DNA from: an uncultured delta proteobacterium
GTDB taxonomy: Bacteria; Desulfobacterota; Desulfobacteria; Desulfobacterales; JAFDCJ01
DNA length: 64,000 bases
Reading direction: 5' to 3'
Assembly: GCA_963769935.1 (NCBI GenBank)
Contig: CAVYNY010000013.1
Span: 585,822 to 649,821 of the forward strand
Positions within the stretch are counted from its first letter, which is position 1; each line of letters begins with the position of its first letter. Shown here one piece after another: positions 1 through 9,841 of this stretch. Below the pieces are notes generated by a model. The model searched no databases. It had not been told where the DNA came from and saw only the letters and a program-made list of their open reading frames with translations. A program made the translations under genes and the position numbers.

Positions 1-1427
1 ACAGCTACCCCCGATTTCAAGAGTGTCATAAGGTCCAGATGACAAACCTTGTTGGGCTCACAAACCCATGGTTTGCACACAAGGTCCAGAGCAATGCAAG
101 TGTTTTCCATATCATGGGCGGGCGACTCGGCTCTGGAAGGCATCTGCGCCTCGTAAAGACTCCGATACTTGAGGGGGGTGGAAAGGATTGTCTGCACGAG
201 GTAGCTCAGCATCACGGCCAGAGCTGCAGGGACAAGCAACTGATAGCCTCCGGTCATCTCTGTCACCATCAACAAGGTGGCAATCGGCACCCGTGCGGCA
301 CCGCCAAAAACGGCTGCCATACCAACGATCACGAAAGCCGCCGGCGGCTGATGAAAGAGTCCGGCCATGAATCCGCCGGCCATTCCCCCAACGACCAGAC
401 TGGGTGCGAAAACGCCGCCGGAGCCGCCGGATGAAACGCTCAGGGCAAAGGCCAGCATTTTGGCAAAAATCAGGGCGAGCAGCAACATCAGCGACAAACG
501 CCCATTGATTGCTTCCTGAATCCAACCGTAACCGCCCCCCAGCACCTGGGGGAGAACAAGTGCCAACAGGCCGACACAAAGACCGCCGATGGCCGGTTTG
601 ATGTGCGGCGGAAGAGGTATTTTGTGAAAGAAGTCCCGCATACCGTAAAAGACCATCGGTAAAAGTGTTGCCACTATCCCGCTGCCGACACCGAGCACCG
701 CATACCAGATATAATCGGTGAACATAGGGACGCTCAAGTCCGGGGGCACCTGGAAAAGGGGTTGCCATCCCACAAACACGCCGTTAATGACATAGGCCAC
801 CAGGGACCCCAGCATGGTGTAGAGCAGGGCGGCTGCTTCGAATTCCATATCGGCGTACAACACCTCGATGGCAAAGATGGCGGTCCCAATGGGCGAGCGG
901 AAAATCGCTGCGAGCCCGGCGGCCATGCCAACGAGTACCAGAAGGCGCCGGTCCTCGTCCGAACGTTTGGTCAGACTGGCGTATATCGCTCCGATCCCCG
1001 CACTCATCAGGGCCGTCGGTCCCTCCCTTCCGGCGGCCCCGCCTGACCCTATGGTTATGGCCGAAGCCACTGCTTTCAGCGGAGCCACCCGCGCGCGGAT
1101 AAAGCCTGCGGCACGGTGAAAGGCTTTCACCGCAGTGTCAGTGCCGTGTCCCTCCGCTTCGGGTGCCAGGCTGTAAACCAGAATACCCGAGATGAGGCCC
1201 CCCAGGGTGGTGCTCAGGGGAATCCACCACAAGCCATGCGAGCCAATCACCTGTTTGAGCACGCCTCCCTCGTCCGGCAGTCCCGGCGGGGAATATCCCG
1301 CCAACCCGCCCAGGAAGAGGGCTTCGGCTCCCTTCAACATGAGCGTGAAAACTTGGGCGCTGAGGGCCCCCACTACGCCCAGCAATACCGTATCGATGAT
1401 GATCCATTGATTTCGGCCGGTTTGCAT
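1..1427 (-). CDS. CLC-family chloride channel/Cl-:H+ antiporter; 3' end lies beyond the window edge
   Basis: Manual translation from ATG at 1427 (RBS GAAGGAG): MQTGRNQWIIIDTVLLGVVG...EAEGHGTD...GSGGAAGREGP...SGGSGGVFAP, i.e. the CLC signature motifs. Absent from the ORF track, consistent with the frame having no stop inside the window. Confidence 0.9.
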   Translation of the reverse strand, partial: MQTGRNQWIIIDTVLLGVVGALSAQVFTLMLKGAEALFLGGLAGYSPPGLPDEGGVLKQVIGSHGLWWIPLSTTLGGLISGILVYSLAPEAEGHGTDTAVKAFHRAAGFIRARVAPLKAVASAITIGSGGAAGREGPTALMSAGIGAIYASLTKRSDEDRRLLVLVGMAAGLAAIFRSPIGTAIFAIEVLYADMEFEAAALLYTMLGSLVAYVINGVFVGWQPLFQVPPDLSVPMFTDYIWYAVLGVGSGIVATLLPMVFYGMRDFFHKIPLPPHIKPAIGGLCVGLLALVLPQVLGGGYGWIQEAINGRLSLMLLLALIFAKMLAFALSVSSGGSGGVFAPSLVVGGMAGGFMAGLFHQPPAAFVIVGMAAVFGGAARVPIATLLMVTEMTGGYQLLVPAALAVMLSYLVQTILSTPLKYRSLYEAQMPSRAESPAHDMENTCIALDLVCKPWVCEPNKVCHLDLMTLLKSGVA

Positions 1428-1742
1428 GTCTATCTCCTTCGAGATGTGCTATGCGCACTTATCCCACCCGCATAGAACCGAGCACACTTGGTTTTTCCTC
1501 TTCCCCCCGACTGATGACGGGCCCTGAAAAAGATTTGGATAAAAGAAATAACAAATCCATACCGAACGTTTCGAACGCTAACGATTTTTTAAATATACGG
1601 AAAATAAACTTGGGTTTGAATGGGTTCAATCCTGTATAATAAGACTGGAATCAGTGTATCTTTTTGGCGCCGCAGGGAGATAGCGGCTCATGCTCTAACC
1701 GGTCTCTCCACTCCTCCATTATCATCCAGAAATATTTCTATA

Positions 1743-1780
1743 TTGACACACATAATAATGTTGGCATATTATAGCTATAA
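1743..1780 (+). promoter_or_regulatory. sigma70 promoter of the TA operon with palindromic operator
   Basis: TTGACA (1743-1748), 18-nt spacer, TATTAT (1767-1772). A perfect palindrome TTATAGCTATAA (1769-1780) overlaps the -10, as expected for antitoxin autorepression. Confidence 0.6.
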
Positions 1781-1804
1781 CTATCAATATAAATGGAGTG
1801 TCCT

Positions 1805-2038
1805 ATGCGCACTATTCAAATGACACTTGATGATGATCTCGTAAAAAAGGTCGATGCTATAGCAAATGAGCTTCAAACAACACGCTCTGCGTTTACGCGA
1901 GATGCATTGCGGGAAGCGGTTCAACAATACAACATTCGCCGTCTTGAATTGAAGCACCGCCAAGGCTACGCGGTTCGCCCAGTCAATGAAGAGGAGTTCA
2001 GTGTCCGGGAAAAAGAACAAAATTGGGGGGATGAATGA
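1805..2038 (+). CDS. ribbon-helix-helix (CopG/MazE-like) antitoxin
   Basis: MRTIQMTLDDDLVKKVD...TTRSAFTRDAL is an RHH pattern. GGAG RBS upstream; ATGA overlap with the toxin. Confidence 0.85.
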   Translation: MRTIQMTLDDDLVKKVDAIANELQTTRSAFTRDALREAVQQYNIRRLELKHRQGYAVRPVNEEEFSVREKEQNWGDE

Positions 2039-2346
2039 AGAGGGGTGAGATCAGATGGTACAAATTCAAAGCTGCTGATAAGAAACGGCCGGTTTTAATT
2101 TTAACCCGCAATTCCATACTGGAGTATCTTGGGGAAGTCACCGTGGCCCCGATCACCACGACCGTTCGGGATATACCTAGCGAAGTATTCCTCTCAAAAC
2201 AAGACGGGATGATAAAGGACTGCGCAATAAACTTCGATCACCTTCAAACGGTGTCGAAGGGAAAGATTGGATCGCTGATAACAACACTTTCTATAGATAA
2301 ATTAGAAAAAGTGAGAGCGGCCGTACAATTTGCCCTGAACCTATAA
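2035..2346 (+). CDS. mazF: type II toxin, PemK/MazF family endoribonuclease
   Basis: MKRGEIRW...KKRPVLILTRN...VTVAPITT...CAINFDHLQTVSK motifs. Confidence 0.92.
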   Translation: MKRGEIRWYKFKAADKKRPVLILTRNSILEYLGEVTVAPITTTVRDIPSEVFLSKQDGMIKDCAINFDHLQTVSKGKIGSLITTLSIDKLEKVRAAVQFALNL

Positions 2347-2612
2347 CGGGCAATTGCCCTTTGGGAAAATAAAGCAAATTTTGAAATATTCCCGTATGTC
2401 TTTAGAAAAAAACAAAATGATAATGAGGCGGTAGAATTTGCCTAACACAGCCACTGGAACGGATCAGTCTTCCCACCGCTGAGCTTCGCCACGGCACAGC
2501 GGCGTAAAGATATCGGTTTTACCTAAATGCCGTGCAGGATTGGCCTGATTTTTTGCCGCTGCTCACCGGCGGCAGGCATTCAATATTTTCATGAATCAGG
2601 AGTCCCGGGAAC

Positions 2613-3275
2613 ATGAAAGAGCAAGGAATGAATAAGAAGCTCCTATTTTTTGTACTTCTCTCGCTGGTTGGCTCTGCCAATGGTCTTTTTCCTGCGGAGC
2701 CTTCCTCGGGTATGGCGGAATATGAACGTGATTCAACCGCACTGTTCAGGTCTGCAGACTCATTTGAGACCGCATTGCATATCTGGCAGACACCGGAAGA
2801 TATCAACGCGTGGATCGCCGGCAATTTCTCATACGACATGGATCGAGCGGCACGGCTTTCTGAAACGCAAAGAACAAAGAATGTGCAGCTCTCGGTATAT
2901 ACCCCTGATGAACTCTTCACTATTAAGACCGGTGTGTGTGTTGACCTGTCACGCTTTGGGGTCGAGACGCTCAGACGCATAGATCCGCAGAGTGAACCGC
3001 ACTACCTGATGATTGAATTCGAACCAATACAAATTGCGGGAAATACACTTCGATTTCATTGGCTGGCGAGCTTTAAACGTGACGGCAAACGTTTCTTTTT
3101 CGCTGACTCGAAGCGCCCAGGATATATTGCCGGCCCTTACGGTGATGCGCGAGACTTCATAAACGAGTATTCGCTGTATAGAGGTCGAAAGATCATTGCT
3201 TTTCGGGAATTGGAGTCGTACCAAAAACAGCGCCGGACCAAGGCAATGACGCAACAGGTAAAAAGGAAGCCCTAA
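2613..3275 (+). CDS. secreted protein, possible transglutaminase-like Cys protease
   Basis: N-terminal signal peptide; GVCVDLS...FHWL...FADS resembles a Cys-His-Asp triad arrangement. Confidence 0.5.
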   Translation: MKEQGMNKKLLFFVLLSLVGSANGLFPAEPSSGMAEYERDSTALFRSADSFETALHIWQTPEDINAWIAGNFSYDMDRAARLSETQRTKNVQLSVYTPDELFTIKTGVCVDLSRFGVETLRRIDPQSEPHYLMIEFEPIQIAGNTLRFHWLASFKRDGKRFFFADSKRPGYIAGPYGDARDFINEYSLYRGRKIIAFRELESYQKQRRTKAMTQQVKRKP

Positions 3276-3398
3276 CAATGGCATAAAAATGGACGTGTTA
3301 TTCCGTGCGGTTTCTACAGACGACAGTCTGTATTAAGTGGCGCACCAGCTTAATTTTTCGGTCTGATACTCGCCCGTCATTTACGCCTGGTGTTGGAC
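3270..3398 (+). mobile_element. attC-like integron cassette recombination site (129 bp)
   Basis: R'' CCCTAAC overlaps the upstream stop codon. GGCATAAAAATGGAC pairs imperfectly with GTCATTTACGCC (extrahelical bases). R' GTTGGAC matches GTTRRRY. Confidence 0.6.
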
Positions 3399-3418
3399 AT
3401 GGAGATATATTTATTATT

Positions 3419-3739
3419 TTGAACACTCACTTTCTCACCCGCCATCGACGAAAGCTGTATTTTGCATTAGCTTTTGTCATTATTGTTCACCTGCTCAATA
3501 TTTTTGTATTTGCCAAATATTTTAGCGAATTTGCATTCGCTTCATTTTGGTTATTGATGTTTCCCGGTTTTGTCTCAATATATTTGATTCTTGCTGCCGC
3601 CTTTGAATTTACATTAAGAAAAAGACGGAAAACGGTCTTAAGAACCGTTGAATTTATTTTTCTGGGATTACTTACGGGCGCAACAACTTTTATATTCTTG
3701 TTTTCGCTATGGTATTTTGGCGGCCTTAAATATGTTTAA
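3419..3739 (+). CDS. AT-rich hypothetical membrane protein (3 TM)
   Basis: In frame with track ORF 3305..3739; likely TTG start after GGAG, just downstream of the attC-like site; three hydrophobic segments. Confidence 0.55.
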   Translation: MNTHFLTRHRRKLYFALAFVIIVHLLNIFVFAKYFSEFAFASFWLLMFPGFVSIYLILAAAFEFTLRKRRKTVLRTVEFIFLGLLTGATTFIFLFSLWYFGGLKYV

Positions 3740-4002
3740 AGTTATATTTCTCCTTCAAAAAGAGTCATTCAAATCGCCCGCTGTTTCCTCCCCTAAACAG
3801 GAACCCTAGGTTCTGCAATCTCCAAAAACCGGAACATGGAATTCCACCTGTCCGTATATAATCTATATTCGGCCAGCTACCCCTCTTGTCGGCTTTCATA
3901 CGTCTACCAAAAAAGTAAATGGGATGACAGGGCCATTCCCCGGCAGTTCCGGGGCTGAAAGCCAAAAAATAGATTTATTATAAAAAACAGTTAGTTGCAT
4001 TG

Positions 4003-4018
4003 TGGCATGGTATTTGCT
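4003..4018 (+). promoter_or_regulatory. sigma54 (-24/-12) promoter
   Basis: TGGCATGGTATTTGCT = GG-N10-GC consensus, upstream of the YeiH-family gene. Confidence 0.7.
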
Positions 4019-4353
4019 CAAAATAATGTGGTGGCCGTGTCGATCGCCGCTTTTAATGAAGCAAAATATATAGTGACGGATATTTAGACCAGCGCCCGGC
4101 AGCTGAATTTCATTGAACATGAAGTTGCCGTTGTCGGTACGGTAGAAAGACAATGGGTCAAAGCTTATCCGCACGTTTTCGATTTTTATGGTTTTGGCGT
4201 CAAGCCTATGCATATATGCAAAATCTTTAGAGCGCGCTATCGCCGGATCTGATCAAGCACAAGACAGGCTTCATTTATTTAATCCGGATTCACTCATGTC
4301 AGCAGGCTAAACCTTTCTAGGATGGCTCTTAACAAAAGGCATGGAGGTGTGTA

Positions 4354-5796
4354 ATGGAAAGCAAGCTATTCAAAACGGAAGATTGGTGGGCGGTATGGAT
4401 CGGGATGTTCATCTTTATTATCGGATTGGGACCCATGATCGGGTGGGATACCCTGGGGTGGGCCGCAAAGCCGAATACGTGGACAGCGCTCTCGAAGGGG
4501 GTGACACCCTTTTCTAAGGGTTATGAGGGCATGTCGGGGTTTTTTTCTCTGGTCTTAACTTATCTGGCATTAATTGTGGTCCTGGGTATCGGGGCAAAGT
4601 CGCTGGGTGCGAAAATGGGTAAATTCCTGTATGGATTTACCGTGATATTCTGGCTGACGTATGCCTGTGTTTTAATAGGAAATTATGCCTATATTGCCGT
4701 GAATGCCCCTGCGGATCTGCAAAAATTCGGCATCGGCTGGTCATTAAAGCTGACCGGTGAAGCCGGTTTGATTGTGGCGTTGCTGGCCGGTCTTTTCATC
4801 AGCAATTTTTTGCCGGATTTCGCGGAAACGCTGAAAGAAGCAACCCGGGCCGAGTGGTATATTAAAACCGCCATCGTGATTCTAGGCGCCGGAATCGGTG
4901 TCAAGGCCGCCGGAGCGCTCGGACTTGCATCTGCCGTGATGTTTCGGGGTCTGTGCGCCATCGTTGAAGCCTATCTCATTTACTGGGCGCTGGTTTACTG
5001 GATCTCGAGAAAATATTTCGGTTTCAGCCGGGAGTGGGCGGCGCCGCTGGCCTCCGGCATTTCTATTTGCGGGGTTTCCGCGGCAATCGCTACCGGCGGA
5101 GCGATCCGCGCAAGGCCGATTGTCCCGATCATGGTTTCGTCGCTGGTAGTGGTTTTCGCAGTGGTTGAGCTTCTGGGTCTGCCCTTTCTGGCCCAGGTGT
5201 TCCTTTATAAAGAACCGCTGGTGGCAGGGGCCTGGATGGGACTTGCCGTTAAAACCGACGGGGCCGCGGTGGCCAGCGGGCAGATTGTGGATTCCCTTAT
5301 TCTTGCAAAGGCCCTAACCGCTCAGGGCATTAAATATGAACCGGGCTGGCTGCTTTCAACCGCCACGACGGTGAAGATTTTTATCGATATCTTCATCGGT
5401 GTATGGGCGTTTATTCTGGCTGTAATCTGGACCACCAAAATTGAACCGGTCCCGGGGGAAAAGGTCGGCGCCGGTGAGATTTGGGAGAGATTTCCGAAGT
5501 TTATCATCGGATATGCGCTCACGTTTCTGCTCATGCTGGCCGCATGCCTACTCTTTCCGGGCATTGTCGCAAAGGCGAAACTGGCAACCGGTGAAGCTGA
5601 CAACTTCAGAACGCTCTTCTTTGCCCTTACCTTCTTTTCCATCGGGTTGGTGTCCAATTTCCGCAAACTCTGGGAAGAGGGTATCGGCAGGCTGGCCCTT
5701 GTGTACATAATTTCTCTTTTCGGGTTTATTATCTGGATAGGGTTGCTCATTTCATGGATCTTTTTCCACGGCGTCAGACCGCCGGTAGTTGGCTGA
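4354..5796 (+). CDS. YeiH/UPF0324 putative sulfate exporter family membrane protein
   Basis: Polytopic membrane protein with KTEDWWAVW N-terminus, SICGVSAAIA and RFPKFIIG motifs. Confidence 0.88.
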   Translation: MESKLFKTEDWWAVWIGMFIFIIGLGPMIGWDTLGWAAKPNTWTALSKGVTPFSKGYEGMSGFFSLVLTYLALIVVLGIGAKSLGAKMGKFLYGFTVIFWLTYACVLIGNYAYIAVNAPADLQKFGIGWSLKLTGEAGLIVALLAGLFISNFLPDFAETLKEATRAEWYIKTAIVILGAGIGVKAAGALGLASAVMFRGLCAIVEAYLIYWALVYWISRKYFGFSREWAAPLASGISICGVSAAIATGGAIRARPIVPIMVSSLVVVFAVVELLGLPFLAQVFLYKEPLVAGAWMGLAVKTDGAAVASGQIVDSLILAKALTAQGIKYEPGWLLSTATTVKIFIDIFIGVWAFILAVIWTTKIEPVPGEKVGAGEIWERFPKFIIGYALTFLLMLAACLLFPGIVAKAKLATGEADNFRTLFFALTFFSIGLVSNFRKLWEEGIGRLALVYIISLFGFIIWIGLLISWIFFHGVRPPVVG

Positions 5797-5816
5797 ATCT
5801 ATAGAGGAGGACTATT

Positions 5817-5981
5817 ATGACGACAGAGAAACCCAAAGTCGCAGAAGAGCTAAAGAAGATGGAGTACGAACCGCTGCTGCCGATTGAAAAAAAACTGATT
5901 TCATCGAGCCTGATTCTCGGCGCTATACTCCTGGGAATTCTGATTTGGATAAGCTATACTTTCTTCCCCGGCGGGCATTAA
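5817..5981 (+). CDS. small single-TM protein (54 aa) in operon with the YeiH-family gene
   Basis: Strong RBS GAGGAGG; MTTEKPKVAEELKKMEYEPLLPIEKKLISSSLILGAILLGILIWISYTFFPGGH. Below the ORF track cut-off. Confidence 0.8.
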   Translation: MTTEKPKVAEELKKMEYEPLLPIEKKLISSSLILGAILLGILIWISYTFFPGGH

Positions 5982-6237
5982 TTTGAAGCGCACCAGCGAG
6001 CGCCATCCCCGTCCCGCGGGATTGCGGAGATGGCGAGCGCCTATCCGAATTAGACAATGGAATGCGTCCGGGCTTGGATTTGCAGGGGGCATGCACCTGA
6101 TCCTGAAGGTCGATCTGCCCCCTGCCGCGCAAAAATCATCTGAATACCGCAGTTGCGGATCTGGAAGAGGCCTTAAGCAGAAGTGCGAACAGCTTTGGCC
6201 GGTCTGCAAAAAGGTTCAGCCGTAAAGGAAAAGCTTT

Positions 6238-6567
6238 ATGAAAATGGCAAATATTGCGTTCGGAGTTACAGACTGGTCGGAGATCGAAAAGACAGAACAT
6301 AAGGGTGAAAGGGGCATTGCCTACTGGCGGACAAGAGAGTTTGGCGGCATCCGGGTACGTATGGTCGATTACTCGCCAGGATATCAGGCCGATCATTGGT
6401 GTTTAAAAGGACACATTTTGCTGTGTATTGAAGGTGAGTTGCACACCGAGCTTTCTGATGGCAGGAAATTCACTCTGACTCCAGGGGTCAGCTATCAGGT
6501 GGCTGACAATGCCGAGCCTCATCGCTCCTCTACAAGCACAGGGGCAAAACTATTTATCGTCGATTAA
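6238..6567 (+). CDS. DHCW-motif cupin-fold protein
   Basis: GYQADHWCLKGHILLC...GVSYQVAD...PHRSST. Confidence 0.88.
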   Translation: MKMANIAFGVTDWSEIEKTEHKGERGIAYWRTREFGGIRVRMVDYSPGYQADHWCLKGHILLCIEGELHTELSDGRKFTLTPGVSYQVADNAEPHRSSTSTGAKLFIVD

Positions 6568-6684
6568 TATGGCACTGAAGCAGGCCTGCTCAACCAACAA
6601 GACCGAAGCACAAAATGAACCGGGCGCTCACAAAGCCGGGCGCCGGTTAGCGCAATGCTTGATCAATCAATATAGGAGAAAATC

Positions 6685-7131
6685 ATGAAATTGCCTGAGT
6701 ATGTAACTGTTGATGAAGTAAAACGAGTCTGCAACGAAATTGGCTTGCGTGACTGGTCCAGAATCACGGATCCAACTGTTTCAGCAGAAGAAGCATCCAC
6801 GATACTTAATATTGTGAACACCCAGGGAATGAATATACCCCTTGAGGCGTTTCGAAAAGGTTTAGAAGTTGAGCTTGAACATGGAACAAGATTTGGGGAT
6901 GCAAATGTAACGAACAACCACCCAATCCTGACAGGCAAGATCGTTATCGCCCATCTTAAAGAGACGATGGACTATTATGAAAGAATCGATGTTGCCGAAA
7001 TGGAGGGTGATTTATTGAAAGCGATTCTGTCTCGAAATATCGAGAAAATAGAATCAAAGTTTAAAAAACTCATCGAAGCGCAGAAGTTACTGAATCAATC
7101 CGTTGCCGGCCAATTGAAGAAACGCAGCTAA
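6685..7131 (+). CDS. hypothetical protein, DUF5661-like
   Basis: GLEVELEHG...KIVIAHLKE..DYY motif; AGGAG RBS. Confidence 0.7.
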   Translation: MKLPEYVTVDEVKRVCNEIGLRDWSRITDPTVSAEEASTILNIVNTQGMNIPLEAFRKGLEVELEHGTRFGDANVTNNHPILTGKIVIAHLKETMDYYERIDVAEMEGDLLKAILSRNIEKIESKFKKLIEAQKLLNQSVAGQLKKRS

Positions 7132-7229
7132 CATTCGGGTGCCTTGGGGACCGCTCGTGCCTTGCAGTCTGTTAAGTGAGCCCTTAGTACATGAGATCAT
7201 CACAGACATCAGCAACCATGTCGCGGGTG

Positions 7230-7307
7230 ACGGTTCAACAGCAACAGTTATCGGCCCCGCCAGGGGTTTGCAGATACCACTGCCGATAACCGTCACCATT
7301 GAACCGT
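7230..7307 (-). other. 26-bp inverted repeat/stem-loop between convergent genes
   Basis: Arms 7230-7255 and 7282-7307. All five mismatches become G-U/G-T pairs on the minus strand. Confidence 0.75.
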
Positions 7308-7362
7308 AAAAAAAATGAACACTGCAGATGAATTTGAGTAAAGTGTTATTTCCGGCAGTGAA

Positions 7363-7890
7363 TCAACAAGACCCCCCGCCCCCGCCGCCGCCACCGCCAC
7401 CGCCGCCGCCATCCGGCTCCGGTGGCTTGGGTCCGGCAACCTTCTCGAGTTCCTGGACCTTTTGCTGAAGCGCTTTCTCCTGGCCTCTTAGACGTCCCAA
7501 ATCATGCTGACACCGATTTATCTCTTTTTGGGCCACTTCCTGATTCAGCCGGTGCATCTGAACCTGTTCGGCCACATAAGGGGTCGGACTAGATTCAACC
7601 ATATCCTTGGCCATGCTTGGCCCGCTGGGATGTCCCATTGCTTCCATAATTCCATTATGGGAGTCAATGTTGAGCTGGCGCGCATCCGCCAAGTCCTGTT
7701 CGGTCTTGGAAATCTTTAGCTGGACTTTGGCAAGGTCGGATCTTGCCTGGGCCAAATCCTTGGACTCTTTGGACATGGGCACATGATCAACCATAAAGTC
7801 GGTCACGGAGCTGGTGACCGAATTAATGGCGGACTCGCAACCTGCCAAAACCATTAGAGAACAAATAAGAACAAACACTGCTTTTTTCAT
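7363..7890 (-). CDS. coiled-coil lipoprotein with C-terminal poly-Gly-Ser-Cys tail
   Basis: MKKAVFVLICSLMVLAGC lipobox; heptad-rich helices; ends G12-S-C. Confidence 0.75.
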   Translation of the reverse strand: MKKAVFVLICSLMVLAGCESAINSVTSSVTDFMVDHVPMSKESKDLAQARSDLAKVQLKISKTEQDLADARQLNIDSHNGIMEAMGHPSGPSMAKDMVESSPTPYVAEQVQMHRLNQEVAQKEINRCQHDLGRLRGQEKALQQKVQELEKVAGPKPPEPDGGGGGGGGGGGGGSC

Positions 7891-8266
7891 AGGCGGTTTT
7901 CCCTTCTTGTATTTGTTGTTCATAACGTCGGAATGTTTTTATGATAAAATTTGCTGAGAATGGTAATTTCTCATTCGTACGGGTCCCTTGGCTAAAGTCA
8001 ATCACAGGCCAGCATGGACATTAAGATTCCATAGGCTATCACTGTATTTATCGTTGAATTACGGGATTACTTTAGTAAAATTTTCTGGATATTACCTGAA
8101 TATTGCACTGATCTGAGGCTTTCCTCTGCAAGGCACATAAATGCGACGCCGTAGTGCGCTATACGAGCCCTTAATTAAGCTGCTGTTTGAAGTTCGGAGG
8201 CTCGAACCTCGGTTCAACGCGCCAGGGCGGCTGCATCCCAACGGAAGGGGGTAAAGGCAGCAAAAA

Positions 8267-8330
8267 GTAAAGAATCCCGGCCCAGCTTCCTGCCCGTAGG
8301 CCTACAGCCCGGAGGGAAGACCGGGTTTTT
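8267..8330 (+). repeat. dispersed palindromic repeat carrying a nested ~33-bp insert (copy 1)
   Basis: GTAAAGAATCCCGGCCCAG-CTTCCTGCCCGTAGGCCTACAGCCCGGAGGGA-AGACCGGG; near-identical to 41015-41065. Confidence 0.8.
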
Positions 8331-8370
8331 GATGTTAGATTAAAAATGCACGGAGCGGCGATTTTAGGAT

Positions 8371-8664
8371 ATGAAGGCAGCTGATATAATATGCGTTGCG
8401 CTGCTTGGGCTGCTTGCTCCCCTGTTCGGCTTCGCTCAGGAAGCGACGCAATCTGATGTTGAATCTCTTTTGAACCGAATTGAGACGGCCTACAGCGCAG
8501 TCGCGAACTACCAGGTGAATATAGAGGTCAGAGACTACCGGCCCGGTGCGGAATTCGAAACCAAAAAATTTTTGTATACCTATAAAAAGAAGCCGGGTAT
8601 CAGCGGCGGGACAGCCTGGCCGCTCGGACGCCTCTCCTGGGCTTGGATGAGCTGTAATCTTTAA
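8371..8664 (+). pseudogene. truncated secreted protein (LolA-like N-terminus)
   Basis: Signal peptide plus LLNRIETAYSAVANYQVNIEV...KKFLYTYKK, then the sequence loses protein-like character near 8595. Confidence 0.45.
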
Positions 8665-8868
8665 GCGACTATCGGAAGCAACCTGAGATTATTTGGCTTC
8701 CGCTTGCCAGTGATTTCGATAATGGCGGTAAGTTGATGGCTCTCCGTGGAACTCCCTATAAAGTACCGACCCCTATTTTCTCTTTGGTATCTTCGAGTTC
8801 ATGTTTATATTCGTAGGTGTGAAATCTTTTGTACCGAGAAAAAGTTTTCACCGGAACAAAATTGAAAT

Positions 8869-8967
8869 ATGAATCGCAAAACTCTGAAGGATGCCTGCGA
8901 GCAGCTCCAGTCGGGCTTTCCATCCAGCGAATGGACCCGGCGGGCTTCACCCTACCGCCTGCTGTAA
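8869..8967 (+). pseudogene. 3' remnant of a gene (C-terminus ...LKDACEQLQSGFPSSEWTRRASPYRLL)
   Basis: Resembles, from recall, the C-terminus of deltaproteobacterial thioredoxin/TPR proteins; followed immediately by a terminator. Confidence 0.45.
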
Positions 8968-8973
8968 CCGTCA

Positions 8974-9004
8974 AAAAGGGGATGCGCCGGGGTGCATCCC
9001 TTTT
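8974..9004 (+). terminator. intrinsic (probably bidirectional) terminator
   Basis: AAAAGGGGATGCGCC-GG-GGTGCATCCCTTTT hairpin flanked by A and T runs. Confidence 0.7.
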
Positions 9005-9097
9005 CGGTTTAGCGTATTTGGAATACCAGCTAATTGCGGCAGTTTTTGGCAGGCGGAAATTGGGGGAGGAGGGGTTTCTAAGCTTGAGGAGCTGATA

Positions 9098-9706
9098 ATG
9101 AATAAAACCAGGCTTGAAGCGTTCAGCGACGGCGTACTCGCAATCATTATTACAATCATGGTATTGGAATTGAAGGTGCCTCACAGCGCCGGCATCGAGG
9201 CGCTGGCGCAATTGTTCCCCGTGTTCTTGAGTTATGTATTGAGTTTCGTCTACCTTGGCATCTACTGGAACAATCACCACCACATGCTGCACGCCAGCCG
9301 CAAAGTGACCGGCTCGATACTGTGGGCCAACCTTCACCTCCTGTTCTGGTTGTCGCTGGTACCGTTCGCAACCGGCTGGATGGGCGAAAATCAGTTTGCC
9401 GCGGCACCTTCAGCGATTTATGGTGCGATTCTGCTCATGGCTGCCATCGCGTACTGGATATTGCAGCAATTGATCATTGCATCGCAGGGGCAGGACTCGC
9501 TCTTAAAGAAGGCGATCGGCGGCGATTGGAAGGGTAAACTCTCGCCGGTTTTGTACGCCGTTGCGATTGGCATGGCCTTTTGGTCGCAATGGGTCTCCAT
9601 TGGCCTATATGTTCTAGTGGCACTCATTTGGCTGGTGCCGGATCGGCGGATCGAGCGCGTCCTATTGAACCAGAATACCGAAGCGCTCAGGCAGTTAAAG
9701 GATTGA
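9098..9706 (+). CDS. TMEM175-family potassium channel
   Basis: RLEAFSDGVLAIIITIMVLEL signature, WNNHHH; GAGGAG RBS. Confidence 0.93.
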   Translation: MNKTRLEAFSDGVLAIIITIMVLELKVPHSAGIEALAQLFPVFLSYVLSFVYLGIYWNNHHHMLHASRKVTGSILWANLHLLFWLSLVPFATGWMGENQFAAAPSAIYGAILLMAAIAYWILQQLIIASQGQDSLLKKAIGGDWKGKLSPVLYAVAIGMAFWSQWVSIGLYVLVALIWLVPDRRIERVLLNQNTEALRQLKD

Positions 9707-9841
9707 ATGCAAGAGGAATAGCGGAGATTCCCAAGCCGGTCGCGGCGCTGATGCTTTACCGGACCGGCCGGGGCAGCCGCAATCATGTTGCCCCAGCCCC
9801 CGAATCGCACAAACAACAAATTAAGAGTAGAAAGCAGGCGA

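Noticed and set aside
39..1475. Many overlapping track ORFs in the first 1.5 kb
   Set aside because: They are shadow frames of the minus-strand CLC gene (1..1427).
1428..1740. Fluoride riboswitch upstream of the CLC gene
   Set aside because: No crcB-motif core found on the minus strand, and the protein has GREGP rather than the CLC-F signature.
7360..7365. Selenocysteine readthrough of the lipoprotein TGA
   Set aside because: No SECIS-like hairpin at the proper distance, and the downstream frame is not convincingly protein-like.
8860..9097. c-di-AMP riboswitch in front of the TMEM175 K+ channel
   Set aside because: No ydaO consensus elements; the region is better explained as a gene remnant plus terminator.
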